From: Parcubacteria group bacterium ADurb.Bin192
GTDB lineage: Bacteria > Patescibacteriota > Patescibacteriia > 2-12-FULL-60-25
Assembly (NCBI GenBank): GCA_002070095.1
Contig: MWCR01000005.1
Coordinates: 5,463-69,462, forward strand
Direction: 5' to 3'
DNA: 64,000 nt
The notes beneath the pieces were generated by a model, which was not told the origin of the DNA, searched no databases, and was given only the letters and a program-made list of their open reading frames with translations. Position 1 is the stretch's first letter. Every line of letters begins with the position of its first letter. Position numbers and translations under genes: made by a program. Positions 8,441 to 17,011 of this stretch are shown here, piece by piece.

Positions 8441-10792
8441 TTAACAATCTTTTACACATTGAGGGGAACATTTTGCCAAATCTTCAGCATATATCAAACC
8501 TGGTTCCATTTTCTGAATGATCAATTTACGATAGTTATATGACTCTATAATAGATTGTATAAATTTTTCCACATACTCGGTTTGAATGATTTTTTCCACA
8601 TCAAAAACTACATCCGCACTATTTAAACGTTCAAAATAGGATCTTCCTTTTTGGGTATAGCATACATGAACTGACGGTACGCGTTGGTGTGTAGCGATAA
8701 TTGTAGAATGAAGTCGCATGCCAATCATAAACTCTAAATTGGACATCATGGCGGCAAATTGCCTTGGGCTTTCCGTGCCATGGTAAACAAAGGCACTATC
8801 TTTATTAGTCATCAAATTCCGCATTTCATCCGCGATCGCACCATCATCCTCCCACCATTCGGGCTGGTCGGGATACATTGGTATAAATAAAACATCTACA
8901 TTATAAGTATCTATTAATTTATCTGCGGTTTGTGATATAAGTCTCATGAGTGAATTCATCTCATTAATTCCTTTTACTGAATTGGGAGCATATTTTTTTC
9001 TATACTCATAAGGTAGCCAATCTGATGAATGATGAAACCAACGCCTAATAGATATGCCTACCACAGGCCTCTCCAAAGAAAGCCCTGTCTTCTGGAGGAT
9101 CTTAACACCAATCTCTGTCGGATCTGGTATTTCAGCGAGTGCTGCATCTGCAGAAACATGGACTTCTTGAGTCACCTTGCATTTTATTAAAATATTTTTC
9201 GAGTCTTCATCGCGTACTATTATCTTACTTACCAGTGTACAAACACGTCTAACCCACCACGAACCCCAATTTGAAACTATGGGACCCATACCCTGAGCAT
9301 ATATTATTATCTTGCATTTAAAGATCCTAAAAATTAGAAATTTAATGAAAACGTAGGGTATTTTAATTTTACTTGTATCGTCCTGAAGATCTACGCCGCC
9401 CGACCAAATGAGATAATCAGAACTCAACATAGCAATCATAGCGGATGGATGTGGGATTATATCTTTAATCCAACCCAATTTAACCGGTTCGATATTATAA
9501 TATTTGGTATCTTTTTGTGGTTCAACCGAGAGCATATAAATTTTTGAATTTGGAAATATTTTTCTAAACGCATCCAACGCGCCAGCTCTACTAGCCAAGT
9601 CTCCACGGTTATATGTGATTAGTCTTCCAAAATAAAAAGTGGGACCAACTTCAATAAACTTTTGAAAAGTTTCCAGGTATTGATCTGCGATAATACTCCA
9701 CGAATATCTGGATATTACATTATCTCTTCCTTTGTTTCCTATTTCTTTTCTTAACTCTTTATCAGTTAAAGCTTTTAATAATGCCTCTTTTAAAGCAACC
9801 GAATCGCCGACCGCAACAAGTAAACCATTAACATTGTTATCAATAATTTCCGTCGTCCCTTCTGCGGCAGTTGCTACAATGGGCAAACCTACTGACATCG
9901 CCTGCAGAAGCACTATTGGCATTCCCTCCTTGACCGAGGAGAGTGAAAAAATATCACTACTTTGCATTTGTTTCAAAATCTCCTCCCTATCGACCCAACC
10001 TAAAAAATCAACGCTGTCACCAAGTAGATTATTCGCCTCCATTTTCCAAGCTTCCATCATAGGCCCATCACCCGCGATCTTTAATCTCCATGGTAAATTG
10101 GGGTTTTCTTTCTTTAGTGAACTCAAGGCTTTGAGCAATGTGCTTAAATCTTTTTGTTTATTTAGGCGACCTGCAAATAAGATTGTTATTTTATTGTTGT
10201 CTTTATAGATGGTTGGCGGTTTGAAATAATCAACATCAACTCCATTTGGGATGAATTTGGCATTGGTCTTAGGATACGCGGTGTTAATTAAATCGGTTAA
10301 AGCGCTACTAACACCAAAAACACCCGAAGCACCATTCCAAAGAGGTTTGCTAAAAATGTAAAAAATTTTAAAAAGAAAATTAGTTTGCTCCGGTAATGCA
10401 CCGGGCACATCCCCGAGGTGACCTGTTATTATGTAAGGAACTTTATAAATCTTTTTGCTTAACCAGCCCAAAAAACCTGTCGGAACACCAAAATGCACAT
10501 GCACAATATCTGGTTTGAATTTCTTTACCAATTTTAGATATGGCCACCAGCCAAAAAATAAAAACATAGCCATAACAAAAAATGAAGAAGTTGCTTTATT
10601 TTTACGAAAACTAAATACACGCATTACCTCAACACCACAATCAATCTCAGTTTTAGGTAAATCTTTGTGCCAAGCTGTAAATACCTTTACTTCATGCCCT
10701 TTGGATGAATATTGCTTTGCTAATTCACGAGATACATCACCGCCACCACCACCCAGTGGCGGATATTCAAAATTTACAACAAGTATTTTCAT
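8441..10792 (-). CDS. fusion: GT4 glycosyltransferase + polysaccharide pyruvyl transferase-like domain
   Basis: ORF 8441..10813; likely ATG at 10792 (MKILVVNFEYPPLGGGGG), 5 nt after the upstream stop. The N-terminal half is GT4 (FAGRLNKQKD ... SVKEGMPIVLLQAMSVGLPIVAT). The C-terminal half has MRLHSTIIATHQRVPSVHVCYTQKGRSYFERL, matching the RxH..I.A...G.P.i.i.Y..K pattern of PS_pyruv_trans as I remember it. Confidence 0.7.
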   Translation of the reverse strand: MKILVVNFEYPPLGGGGGDVSRELAKQYSSKGHEVKVFTAWHKDLPKTEIDCGVEVMRVFSFRKNKATSSFFVMAMFLFFGWWPYLKLVKKFKPDIVHVHFGVPTGFLGWLSKKIYKVPYIITGHLGDVPGALPEQTNFLFKIFYIFSKPLWNGASGVFGVSSALTDLINTAYPKTNAKFIPNGVDVDYFKPPTIYKDNNKITILFAGRLNKQKDLSTLLKALSSLKKENPNLPWRLKIAGDGPMMEAWKMEANNLLGDSVDFLGWVDREEILKQMQSSDIFSLSSVKEGMPIVLLQAMSVGLPIVATAAEGTTEIIDNNVNGLLVAVGDSVALKEALLKALTDKELRKEIGNKGRDNVISRYSWSIIADQYLETFQKFIEVGPTFYFGRLITYNRGDLASRAGALDAFRKIFPNSKIYMLSVEPQKDTKYYNIEPVKLGWIKDIIPHPSAMIAMLSSDYLIWSGGVDLQDDTSKIKIPYVFIKFLIFRIFKCKIIIYAQGMGPIVSNWGSWWVRRVCTLVSKIIVRDEDSKNILIKCKVTQEVHVSADAALAEIPDPTEIGVKILQKTGLSLERPVVGISIRRWFHHSSDWLPYEYRKKYAPNSVKGINEMNSLMRLISQTADKLIDTYNVDVLFIPMYPDQPEWWEDDGAIADEMRNLMTNKDSAFVYHGTESPRQFAAMMSNLEFMIGMRLHSTIIATHQRVPSVHVCYTQKGRSYFERLNSADVVFDVEKIIQTEYVEKFIQSIIESYNYRKLIIQKMEPGLIYAEDLAKCSPQCVKDC

Positions 10793-10796
10793 AAAC

Positions 10797-11687
10797 CTAC
10801 TTTTTCTTAGCAATTAATACCAGAGGTGTAAATGTTTTTGTTGAATATAAAAACCATGTCACCAAACTCATTAAACCAAGTCTATCAAGCACACCTATCA
10901 ATTTTTGAATTTTCCCCAGTCCAGCCCAATTGCCGACATTTTTATTTTGCATTCTTTCAAAAAACAAGGATTCGCCATAAGTCATGGGTTTTAAGATCAA
11001 GCTATGATCCTTTACCCATTTTTTTATTTTTAAGTACGTAACAAATTGCAGTGTATCAATAAATGAAGGGTCACGTCCCCAAAGCCTAACATAAATGCGG
11101 GCCAACATTTTTGGTAGATATGGAATCCAGTAGAGCACATAATGCCCTTCATAAAAAGAACCATAGTTGGGCACTGTCATATGTAAATAGCCTCCCGGTT
11201 TTACAACTCTGACCATTTCAGAAAATACTTTTTTTGGATCTTTGACATGCTCCATTACATTGGAAGAATATACAATATCAAATTCATTATCTTTAAATGG
11301 CAAATCTTCAGCCCATGCATTTACAACTCTTCCATCAGGAACACCCATTTGAGATGCAAATACTTTGCTAGTATCAAATGTTTCACCGTAGAAACCATCC
11401 GATGATGGCTCAATACCGTAAACGTCACCCCCGCGATTATAAACTTCTACCATGAATTGCCCATAGCCACTCCCTATTTCTAATATTTTTTGATTTTTTA
11501 AAGGACCAATTTCCGATTCCAAACGGTCCACTTGCTCCCGAATACGTTCCATATTAAAAACATCCTCGACGATTTTTACAGGGTCGATGGGGGATATTGA
11601 TTCGTATTCCTTTTGTATACGTTTAAAAATGTTGGCTTTTAAATCAACTAGCCACTTTTCATCTTTGTTATTAGTGTATTGCTCCAT
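10797..11687 (-). CDS. class I SAM-dependent methyltransferase
   Basis: ORF 10797..11705 starts with TTG; ATG at 11687 (MEQYTNN). Motifs ILEIGSGYGQF and DIVYSSNVMEHVKDPKKVFSEMVRVVKPGGYLHMTVPN. Confidence 0.8.
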   Translation of the reverse strand: MEQYTNNKDEKWLVDLKANIFKRIQKEYESISPIDPVKIVEDVFNMERIREQVDRLESEIGPLKNQKILEIGSGYGQFMVEVYNRGGDVYGIEPSSDGFYGETFDTSKVFASQMGVPDGRVVNAWAEDLPFKDNEFDIVYSSNVMEHVKDPKKVFSEMVRVVKPGGYLHMTVPNYGSFYEGHYVLYWIPYLPKMLARIYVRLWGRDPSFIDTLQFVTYLKIKKWVKDHSLILKPMTYGESLFFERMQNKNVGNWAGLGKIQKLIGVLDRLGLMSLVTWFLYSTKTFTPLVLIAKKK

Positions 11688-13446
11688 ATTTAGATTCTTT
11701 TTCAATAAAAATTCTATGCCACAAATCGAATAACACTAAAAAGTAAATCGTTTTTTGCTTTTTTGCTTTTTGATAGTATGAAGGTGTCGGTCTTTTTAGA
11801 AGTTTATGAATTTGCTCCGCGTCAAAATAACCCAATTCATTTATTCTAGTAATGCTAAGTGAATTTTTGATTAATCCGTGTATGACATTATCAAAAAAAT
11901 ATTGAGTTATTCCCTGTGTTCCCTTTTTGCCATATTTGGGTCTATTAATTATTTTTTCAGGCAATGCCTTTTTAAAAGCCTCGCGCAAAATAATTTTTGT
12001 CTGGTTTCCTCTTCTTTTTTGTCCCGAAGGTATTTGCAGAGCCATTTCAACGACTTTATGATCTAAAAATGGAACGCGCGCCTCAATGCCGTGCGCCATT
12101 GTCAATCTATCAATTCTAGCCAGCTGACTCTGAACCAGTTCATAAGAAATATCAAATTTAAGCGCTGAATCCAAATTATTCGGCATTGTATTAAAATCAA
12201 CTTTTTTTATCGTTGGTTTAAGTAATGCCCCAGATAATGAAATCCATTCTTCTTTTGAAGGAAAAAGATAAGATTTTTCCATTGCCCAAGACTTCAGTGT
12301 CGGTGGAAAAAATCTCCAAGGGCCAGTAAAGGGTATATATGTCGGATAACCCGCAAACAATTCATCCGAACCTTCTCCGATCAAGACTACTTTTGTATAT
12401 TTATTGGTTTTGTTCGCCAGAAAAAAACTTGTTACCGCAGTTATATTCGGCAGGGGTTCCTCAAGATGCCAAATCAAATCTTCGAGAATATTCTTCGCCT
12501 GTGACAAATCTTGATTAAAAAGATGCCAATTTACACCGGCCTCCTCAGCCATATGTTTTGCATAAGGGGTTTCATCATTGTCCAAACCATACGCCAAAGT
12601 AAACGCAGTTCGGGATTCGGGAGGTATTTGGTTTTTTACGCAACTCAAGATTATACTCGAATCGAGCCCTCCAGAAAGCCAGAATCCTAAAGGGACATCA
12701 CTAATCAGGTGCGAGATCGATGCTTTATTCAGAGCATCTCGTAGATTATGCGCATTGTCCTCTATCGTAAGCTTATTTGCAAAAAAACTCTCTTTGTCCC
12801 AATATTTATTCAAAACTAGTTTTTCGTAACCCAATTTGTACCTCATCCAACTAGCAGGAGGTAATTCCATAACTCCAGAAAAAAGTGTTTCGGGCGCTGT
12901 TCTAAAACCAAGTTGCAAATAGTTCGCTAAAGCACCCAGATTTAATTCTCTTACACCCCCCAATAAAGCCTTCATCTCTGATGCAAAAGCAAGTCCGTTA
13001 TAGGTCAATCTATAAAACAGAGGTTTGATTCCGATACGATCCCTAGCAATGAACAATTCTTTTTTACTCGTATCCCAAATTGCGAAAGCAAACATCCCCT
13101 GTAGCTTATTCAATATCTCAGTATCATATTCTGAATAACCCAGCAAAATTACTTCCGTATCCGAGTTACTATAAAATACATGCCCCGCTTTTTCCAATTC
13201 TTGTTTTAATGTTTTGTAATTATATATTTCACCGTTAAAGATTATTACAAAACGTCCATCATGGGTTATCATCGGTTGCTTGCCTTGCTCCGGATCAATA
13301 ATTGCTAGACGCCGGTGAGCTAGAGATATTGAATCCGTTTCATCAACGAACAAACCAGACCCGTCTGGTCCGCGATGAGCGATTAAATCACTCATTTTAT
13401 TTATATCAAGATCGGTTGTTCCGAGCATTCCAGCAATGCCACACAT
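11671..13446 (-). CDS. asnB: asparagine synthase (glutamine-hydrolysing) family amidotransferase
   Basis: Starts MCGIAG (N-terminal Cys nucleophile of class II glutamine amidotransferases). Synthetase-domain PP-loop-like SGGLDSS. 591 aa. Confidence 0.85.
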   Translation of the reverse strand: MCGIAGMLGTTDLDINKMSDLIAHRGPDGSGLFVDETDSISLAHRRLAIIDPEQGKQPMITHDGRFVIIFNGEIYNYKTLKQELEKAGHVFYSNSDTEVILLGYSEYDTEILNKLQGMFAFAIWDTSKKELFIARDRIGIKPLFYRLTYNGLAFASEMKALLGGVRELNLGALANYLQLGFRTAPETLFSGVMELPPASWMRYKLGYEKLVLNKYWDKESFFANKLTIEDNAHNLRDALNKASISHLISDVPLGFWLSGGLDSSIILSCVKNQIPPESRTAFTLAYGLDNDETPYAKHMAEEAGVNWHLFNQDLSQAKNILEDLIWHLEEPLPNITAVTSFFLANKTNKYTKVVLIGEGSDELFAGYPTYIPFTGPWRFFPPTLKSWAMEKSYLFPSKEEWISLSGALLKPTIKKVDFNTMPNNLDSALKFDISYELVQSQLARIDRLTMAHGIEARVPFLDHKVVEMALQIPSGQKRRGNQTKIILREAFKKALPEKIINRPKYGKKGTQGITQYFFDNVIHGLIKNSLSITRINELGYFDAEQIHKLLKRPTPSYYQKAKKQKTIYFLVLFDLWHRIFIEKESKYGAIH

Positions 13447-13447
13447 A

Positions 13448-14146
13448 TCAGCTATTTTTTTTATTCAATACAGATATTGTCATTCCGTAAAATGACCTTT
13501 TCATAAAGTCTGGCTCAAAAGAACAAACAAACGCAATGAACTTAGTTAAATATGGTATTAAGAATTTTAAATGTACCATGAAAAGTGTTAACGAAAATAC
13601 AGATGCAAACAGACTTAAGAATGAGCAAATAAGACCGCCTGTCTTTATAAATTCTACTATATTCAAGTCAGCCTCTTCGGCCAACTCTTTGATCCCATTA
13701 GTCGTAAAACGAAAATAATCATACGGCATTCCATGTTCATAGAACAAAAAAGGGGTGGCTAAAACAATATACCCATTATCAGCCAAGACTTTATGAAAAT
13801 TTTTCAATACCAGTATAGGCTTTTTTGTATGCTCGAGTACAGATATATTGACAATCGTATCAAATTCTTTTTCCTTAAATGGCATTTCGCCAGTTAAATC
13901 ACAAACGTAATCAATATCAGGATGAAAGCGCTCTACATCGCAACTGATGTATTTTTCTGAAAATTTATTTAATAGTTTTTTTCTTGATAGATAACCCGCT
14001 CCCGCATCCAAAATTTTTCCTCGCGAAAATTTTTGTAGAATCAATGTTAATTCTTTTGTAAATAAATAATTTTCAGCAGTTAAAAGCTCAAGCTGACCCT
14101 CGTTGCCATATATTTCTTGCATTTTATTCCAAGTATTCCTGAACAT
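13448..14146 (-). CDS. class I SAM-dependent methyltransferase with C-terminal hydrophobic tail
   Basis: ILDAGAGYLS and DTIVNISVLEHTKKPILVLKNFHKVLADNGYIVLATP. Tail GGLICSFLSLFASVFSLTLFMV. Confidence 0.8.
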   Translation of the reverse strand: MFRNTWNKMQEIYGNEGQLELLTAENYLFTKELTLILQKFSRGKILDAGAGYLSRKKLLNKFSEKYISCDVERFHPDIDYVCDLTGEMPFKEKEFDTIVNISVLEHTKKPILVLKNFHKVLADNGYIVLATPFLFYEHGMPYDYFRFTTNGIKELAEEADLNIVEFIKTGGLICSFLSLFASVFSLTLFMVHLKFLIPYLTKFIAFVCSFEPDFMKRSFYGMTISVLNKKNS

Positions 14147-14149
14147 ACT

Positions 14150-15112
14150 TTATATATTTATTTTTTCCTTAATACTGTACGGCATGCGGCTCTGATCCGA
14201 ATAATAAGTGCGCATTAACACCTCTGCCAGCAAGCCCGACATGATTAATTGAACACCAACGATGACAAACATCGCCCCGACAATTGGCAGTGGTGTTTGA
14301 ATGAGGCTGACTCCCAAAATAAACTTATAATAAAGTGCGCCAAGTTCAGCCAAACCACCGAGGCCAAGTGAGATAAATCCAACCGCTCCAAAAAAATGCA
14401 TCGGCTTGTTAAAATACTTCATCAAGAATTTAACCACAATCAGATCCAGTATGACTTTAAAAACACGCGAGATGCCATATTTAGAAACACCGGCGACGCG
14501 CGCTCTGTGATTGACGACTATTTCAGTAACTTTAGCTCCGGACCAGGCTGCATAAGCCGGGATAAAACGATGCATTTCGCCAAAGAGTTCTACGTCTTGG
14601 ATTATGTCGCGGTGATAGGCTTTTAAACTGCAACCGTAATCGTGCAAATGCACACCGGTCATGATGGAGATTATGGTGTTCGCCGCCCAAGATGGGATTT
14701 TTCGTAATATCAATTTATCTTTGCGATCTTTACGCCATCCGGAAACGCAAGAAAATCCCTGATAGATTTTTTCTAAAAATTTGGGAATGTCCGCCGGGTC
14801 ATTTTGCCTGTCTGCATCCATGGGAATAATGATGTCGCCCGATGCTAATTTGATACCGCAACTCATGGCCGCGGTCTGACCGCTATTGCGGCGGAATATT
14901 ACGGTTTTTACTCGACTATCTCGTATCGACAAATCTTTTAGTATCTGCGGGCTATTATCTTTGGAACCATCATCCACAAATATCATCTCAAAAAAATATT
15001 GTGGCATTTTCTCTGTCGTTTGGCAGATTTCTTCATAAAGCCCTTGCAGATTTTCCTCTTCATTATAAACAGGAATCACGAGAGAAATTGATTTTGCGCT
15101 GTTTTCAATCAT
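14150..15112 (-). CDS. GT2 glycosyltransferase, polyprenyl-phosphate glycosyltransferase-like (GtrB/ArnC type)
   Basis: ISLVIPVYNEEENL, DDGSKDNS, PMDADRQNDP, plus two C-terminal TM helices. I prefer the ATG at 15112 (MIENSAK), which overlaps the upstream AsnB stop as ATGATTGA; the ORF track extends to 15196. Confidence 0.8.
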   Translation of the reverse strand: MIENSAKSISLVIPVYNEEENLQGLYEEICQTTEKMPQYFFEMIFVDDGSKDNSPQILKDLSIRDSRVKTVIFRRNSGQTAAMSCGIKLASGDIIIPMDADRQNDPADIPKFLEKIYQGFSCVSGWRKDRKDKLILRKIPSWAANTIISIMTGVHLHDYGCSLKAYHRDIIQDVELFGEMHRFIPAYAAWSGAKVTEIVVNHRARVAGVSKYGISRVFKVILDLIVVKFLMKYFNKPMHFFGAVGFISLGLGGLAELGALYYKFILGVSLIQTPLPIVGAMFVIVGVQLIMSGLLAEVLMRTYYSDQSRMPYSIKEKINI

Positions 15113-17009
15113 ATTTATATGCCCCAGCATCATACCACAATTGAAACATGAAAAAAGCCCATAATTCCTTACGCCTGTCAATCTTACCGCTTGCATGCTC
15201 GACTATCATGTCTTGAACTGATTTTGGGTTAAAAACACCCTGATTTTGCAATCTTTCTTTAGAGGATAACCCGGCAAGGCGATCTTTAAGAGGTCCGTTT
15301 AACCAGGCACCAACCGGGGCGGCAAAACCGTGTTTAGGGTGGCTTAAAACACCTTCCGGAACTTTACCGCGCAGAAGTTCTTTGAATAGCCGCTTGCCTT
15401 TATAAGCTCCGAGCTTATATTTATTCGGTACATTTAACAAATATTCAACAACTCGGGTATCCAAAAACGGAGCACGCGCCTCGAGTGCATACCACATGGT
15501 AGCTCGATCGACTTTAACAAGGACTTCGTCCATCAAAAAGGTGCGGAGGTAGGCATAAGACCAGCGGGGCCAGAAACTATCGTACTTCGTACATCGTACA
15601 TCGTACAATAATTCGGAGGCGCGGGAGCGGAGAGATTGTTCGGCGTAGTTTGTATCTATTTGGGACGCGAATTCGGGTTGGAGGAGGTTTTGGAGATAAT
15701 TCCCTGTCATTGCCCCGCGCCAGCGCACATCACGCGCCCAAGCATCAGGCGCACCCAATCCCCTAGCCATACGTTGAGCCTTGAAACCAAGGCTAAAATA
15801 ACCATCGCCCGCAGGAACAGAATTTAACATCCTTGCCAATAGACGTGGGACGTAGGACGAGCGACGTGGGACGATATTGAGTAGCTGATGAGCGGGAACA
15901 TGTTGATAGCCGAGTAGAAGTTCATCACCGCCATCCCCCGAAAGAGCAACTGTAACGTGTTGGCGAGTGAATTTTGACACTAGTAGTTGCGGTAAAATTG
16001 ATGCATCAGCCAAAGGCTCGTCCAATAATTGTTGAGCTTGATCGATCATTTGCAATGCGTCGCTGGCAGATAAAATCTCGAGATAGTGATCTAATCCCAA
16101 AGCTTCTGCAGTCTGTTTTGCATAAATACTTTCATCGTGGCTTTTGTCGTCAAAACCTATGGTAAAAGCCTGCAAACGACGATTAGCCTGACGGGATGCA
16201 CTTTCAGCAATCACAGCCGAATCAAGCCCGCCCGAGAGGAATAAACCCAAAGGAACATCCGCAACCAAGCGCTCGCGGACTGCGATATCGATAAGTTCTT
16301 GCAGGCCTTGAAGAACTTGCTTAGCACCCCGATCCTCCTGCTTTATGATTTCAGGTTGCCAAAATTTCCATTGACTTTGAATTTGACCGCCTTGCCAGGA
16401 CATGGCCGTGGCCGGTTCGAGTTTAAAGACATTTTTAAAAATTGTGTGCGGAGTGGGAACAGCATCAGTTTGAAAGTAGCAGGCCAAAGACAAGGGGTCG
16501 ATTTCACGTTTGACAACTCCGGAAGCAACTAGCGATTTCAATTCCGAGGCGAACCAAAGAGTTTGGTTGTGGATCGTCCAATAAAGTGGTTTTTTACCCA
16601 ACCTATCCCGTGCGATGATCAAACGTTTTTTGCGCACATCCCAGATTGCGATGGCGAACATGCCATTGAGATACTTGAAGCAATCATCTCCCCATTGCTC
16701 GTAAGCGTGTGCGATTACTTCCGTGTCACTTTTTGTATGAAATACATGATCGGAGGCCTCAAGCTCCGCACGGACGCTTTGGTAGCCGTAGATCTCGCCA
16801 TTCATGATTACCCAGACAGTGCCATCCTCATTGGATAATGGTTGATGCCCTCCGGATACGTCGATAATGCTTAGGCGACGGAAGCCCATACCGATGCCAT
16901 CAGCAACATAAAAACCCTCGTCATCAGGCCCACGATGCTTGATGACGTTCGTCATTCTCTGCAATTGTTCTTTGCTCCCCGCTCCGGCAAAGCCAGCGAT
17001 TCCGCACAT
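15105..17009 (-). CDS. asnB: asparagine synthase (glutamine-hydrolysing) family amidotransferase, paralog 2
   Basis: The ATG at 17009 gives MCGIAGFAG; the track start 17015 is TTG. SGGLDSA PP-loop. Carries two in-frame heptamer-repeat-derived segments (LYDVRCTKYDS and IVPRRSSYVPR). Confidence 0.85.
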   Translation of the reverse strand: MCGIAGFAGAGSKEQLQRMTNVIKHRGPDDEGFYVADGIGMGFRRLSIIDVSGGHQPLSNEDGTVWVIMNGEIYGYQSVRAELEASDHVFHTKSDTEVIAHAYEQWGDDCFKYLNGMFAIAIWDVRKKRLIIARDRLGKKPLYWTIHNQTLWFASELKSLVASGVVKREIDPLSLACYFQTDAVPTPHTIFKNVFKLEPATAMSWQGGQIQSQWKFWQPEIIKQEDRGAKQVLQGLQELIDIAVRERLVADVPLGLFLSGGLDSAVIAESASRQANRRLQAFTIGFDDKSHDESIYAKQTAEALGLDHYLEILSASDALQMIDQAQQLLDEPLADASILPQLLVSKFTRQHVTVALSGDGGDELLLGYQHVPAHQLLNIVPRRSSYVPRLLARMLNSVPAGDGYFSLGFKAQRMARGLGAPDAWARDVRWRGAMTGNYLQNLLQPEFASQIDTNYAEQSLRSRASELLYDVRCTKYDSFWPRWSYAYLRTFLMDEVLVKVDRATMWYALEARAPFLDTRVVEYLLNVPNKYKLGAYKGKRLFKELLRGKVPEGVLSHPKHGFAAPVGAWLNGPLKDRLAGLSSKERLQNQGVFNPKSVQDMIVEHASGKIDRRKELWAFFMFQLWYDAGAYKYD

Positions 17010-17011
17010 AA

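Noticed and set aside
11671-17009. The two asparagine-synthetase homologs could be lasso-peptide cyclases (RiPP cluster).
   Set aside because: Both keep the N-terminal MCGIAG glutaminase nucleophile and are full AsnB length. They sit in a GT/flippase context. I saw no leader-peptidase (B protein) or precursor-peptide ORF.
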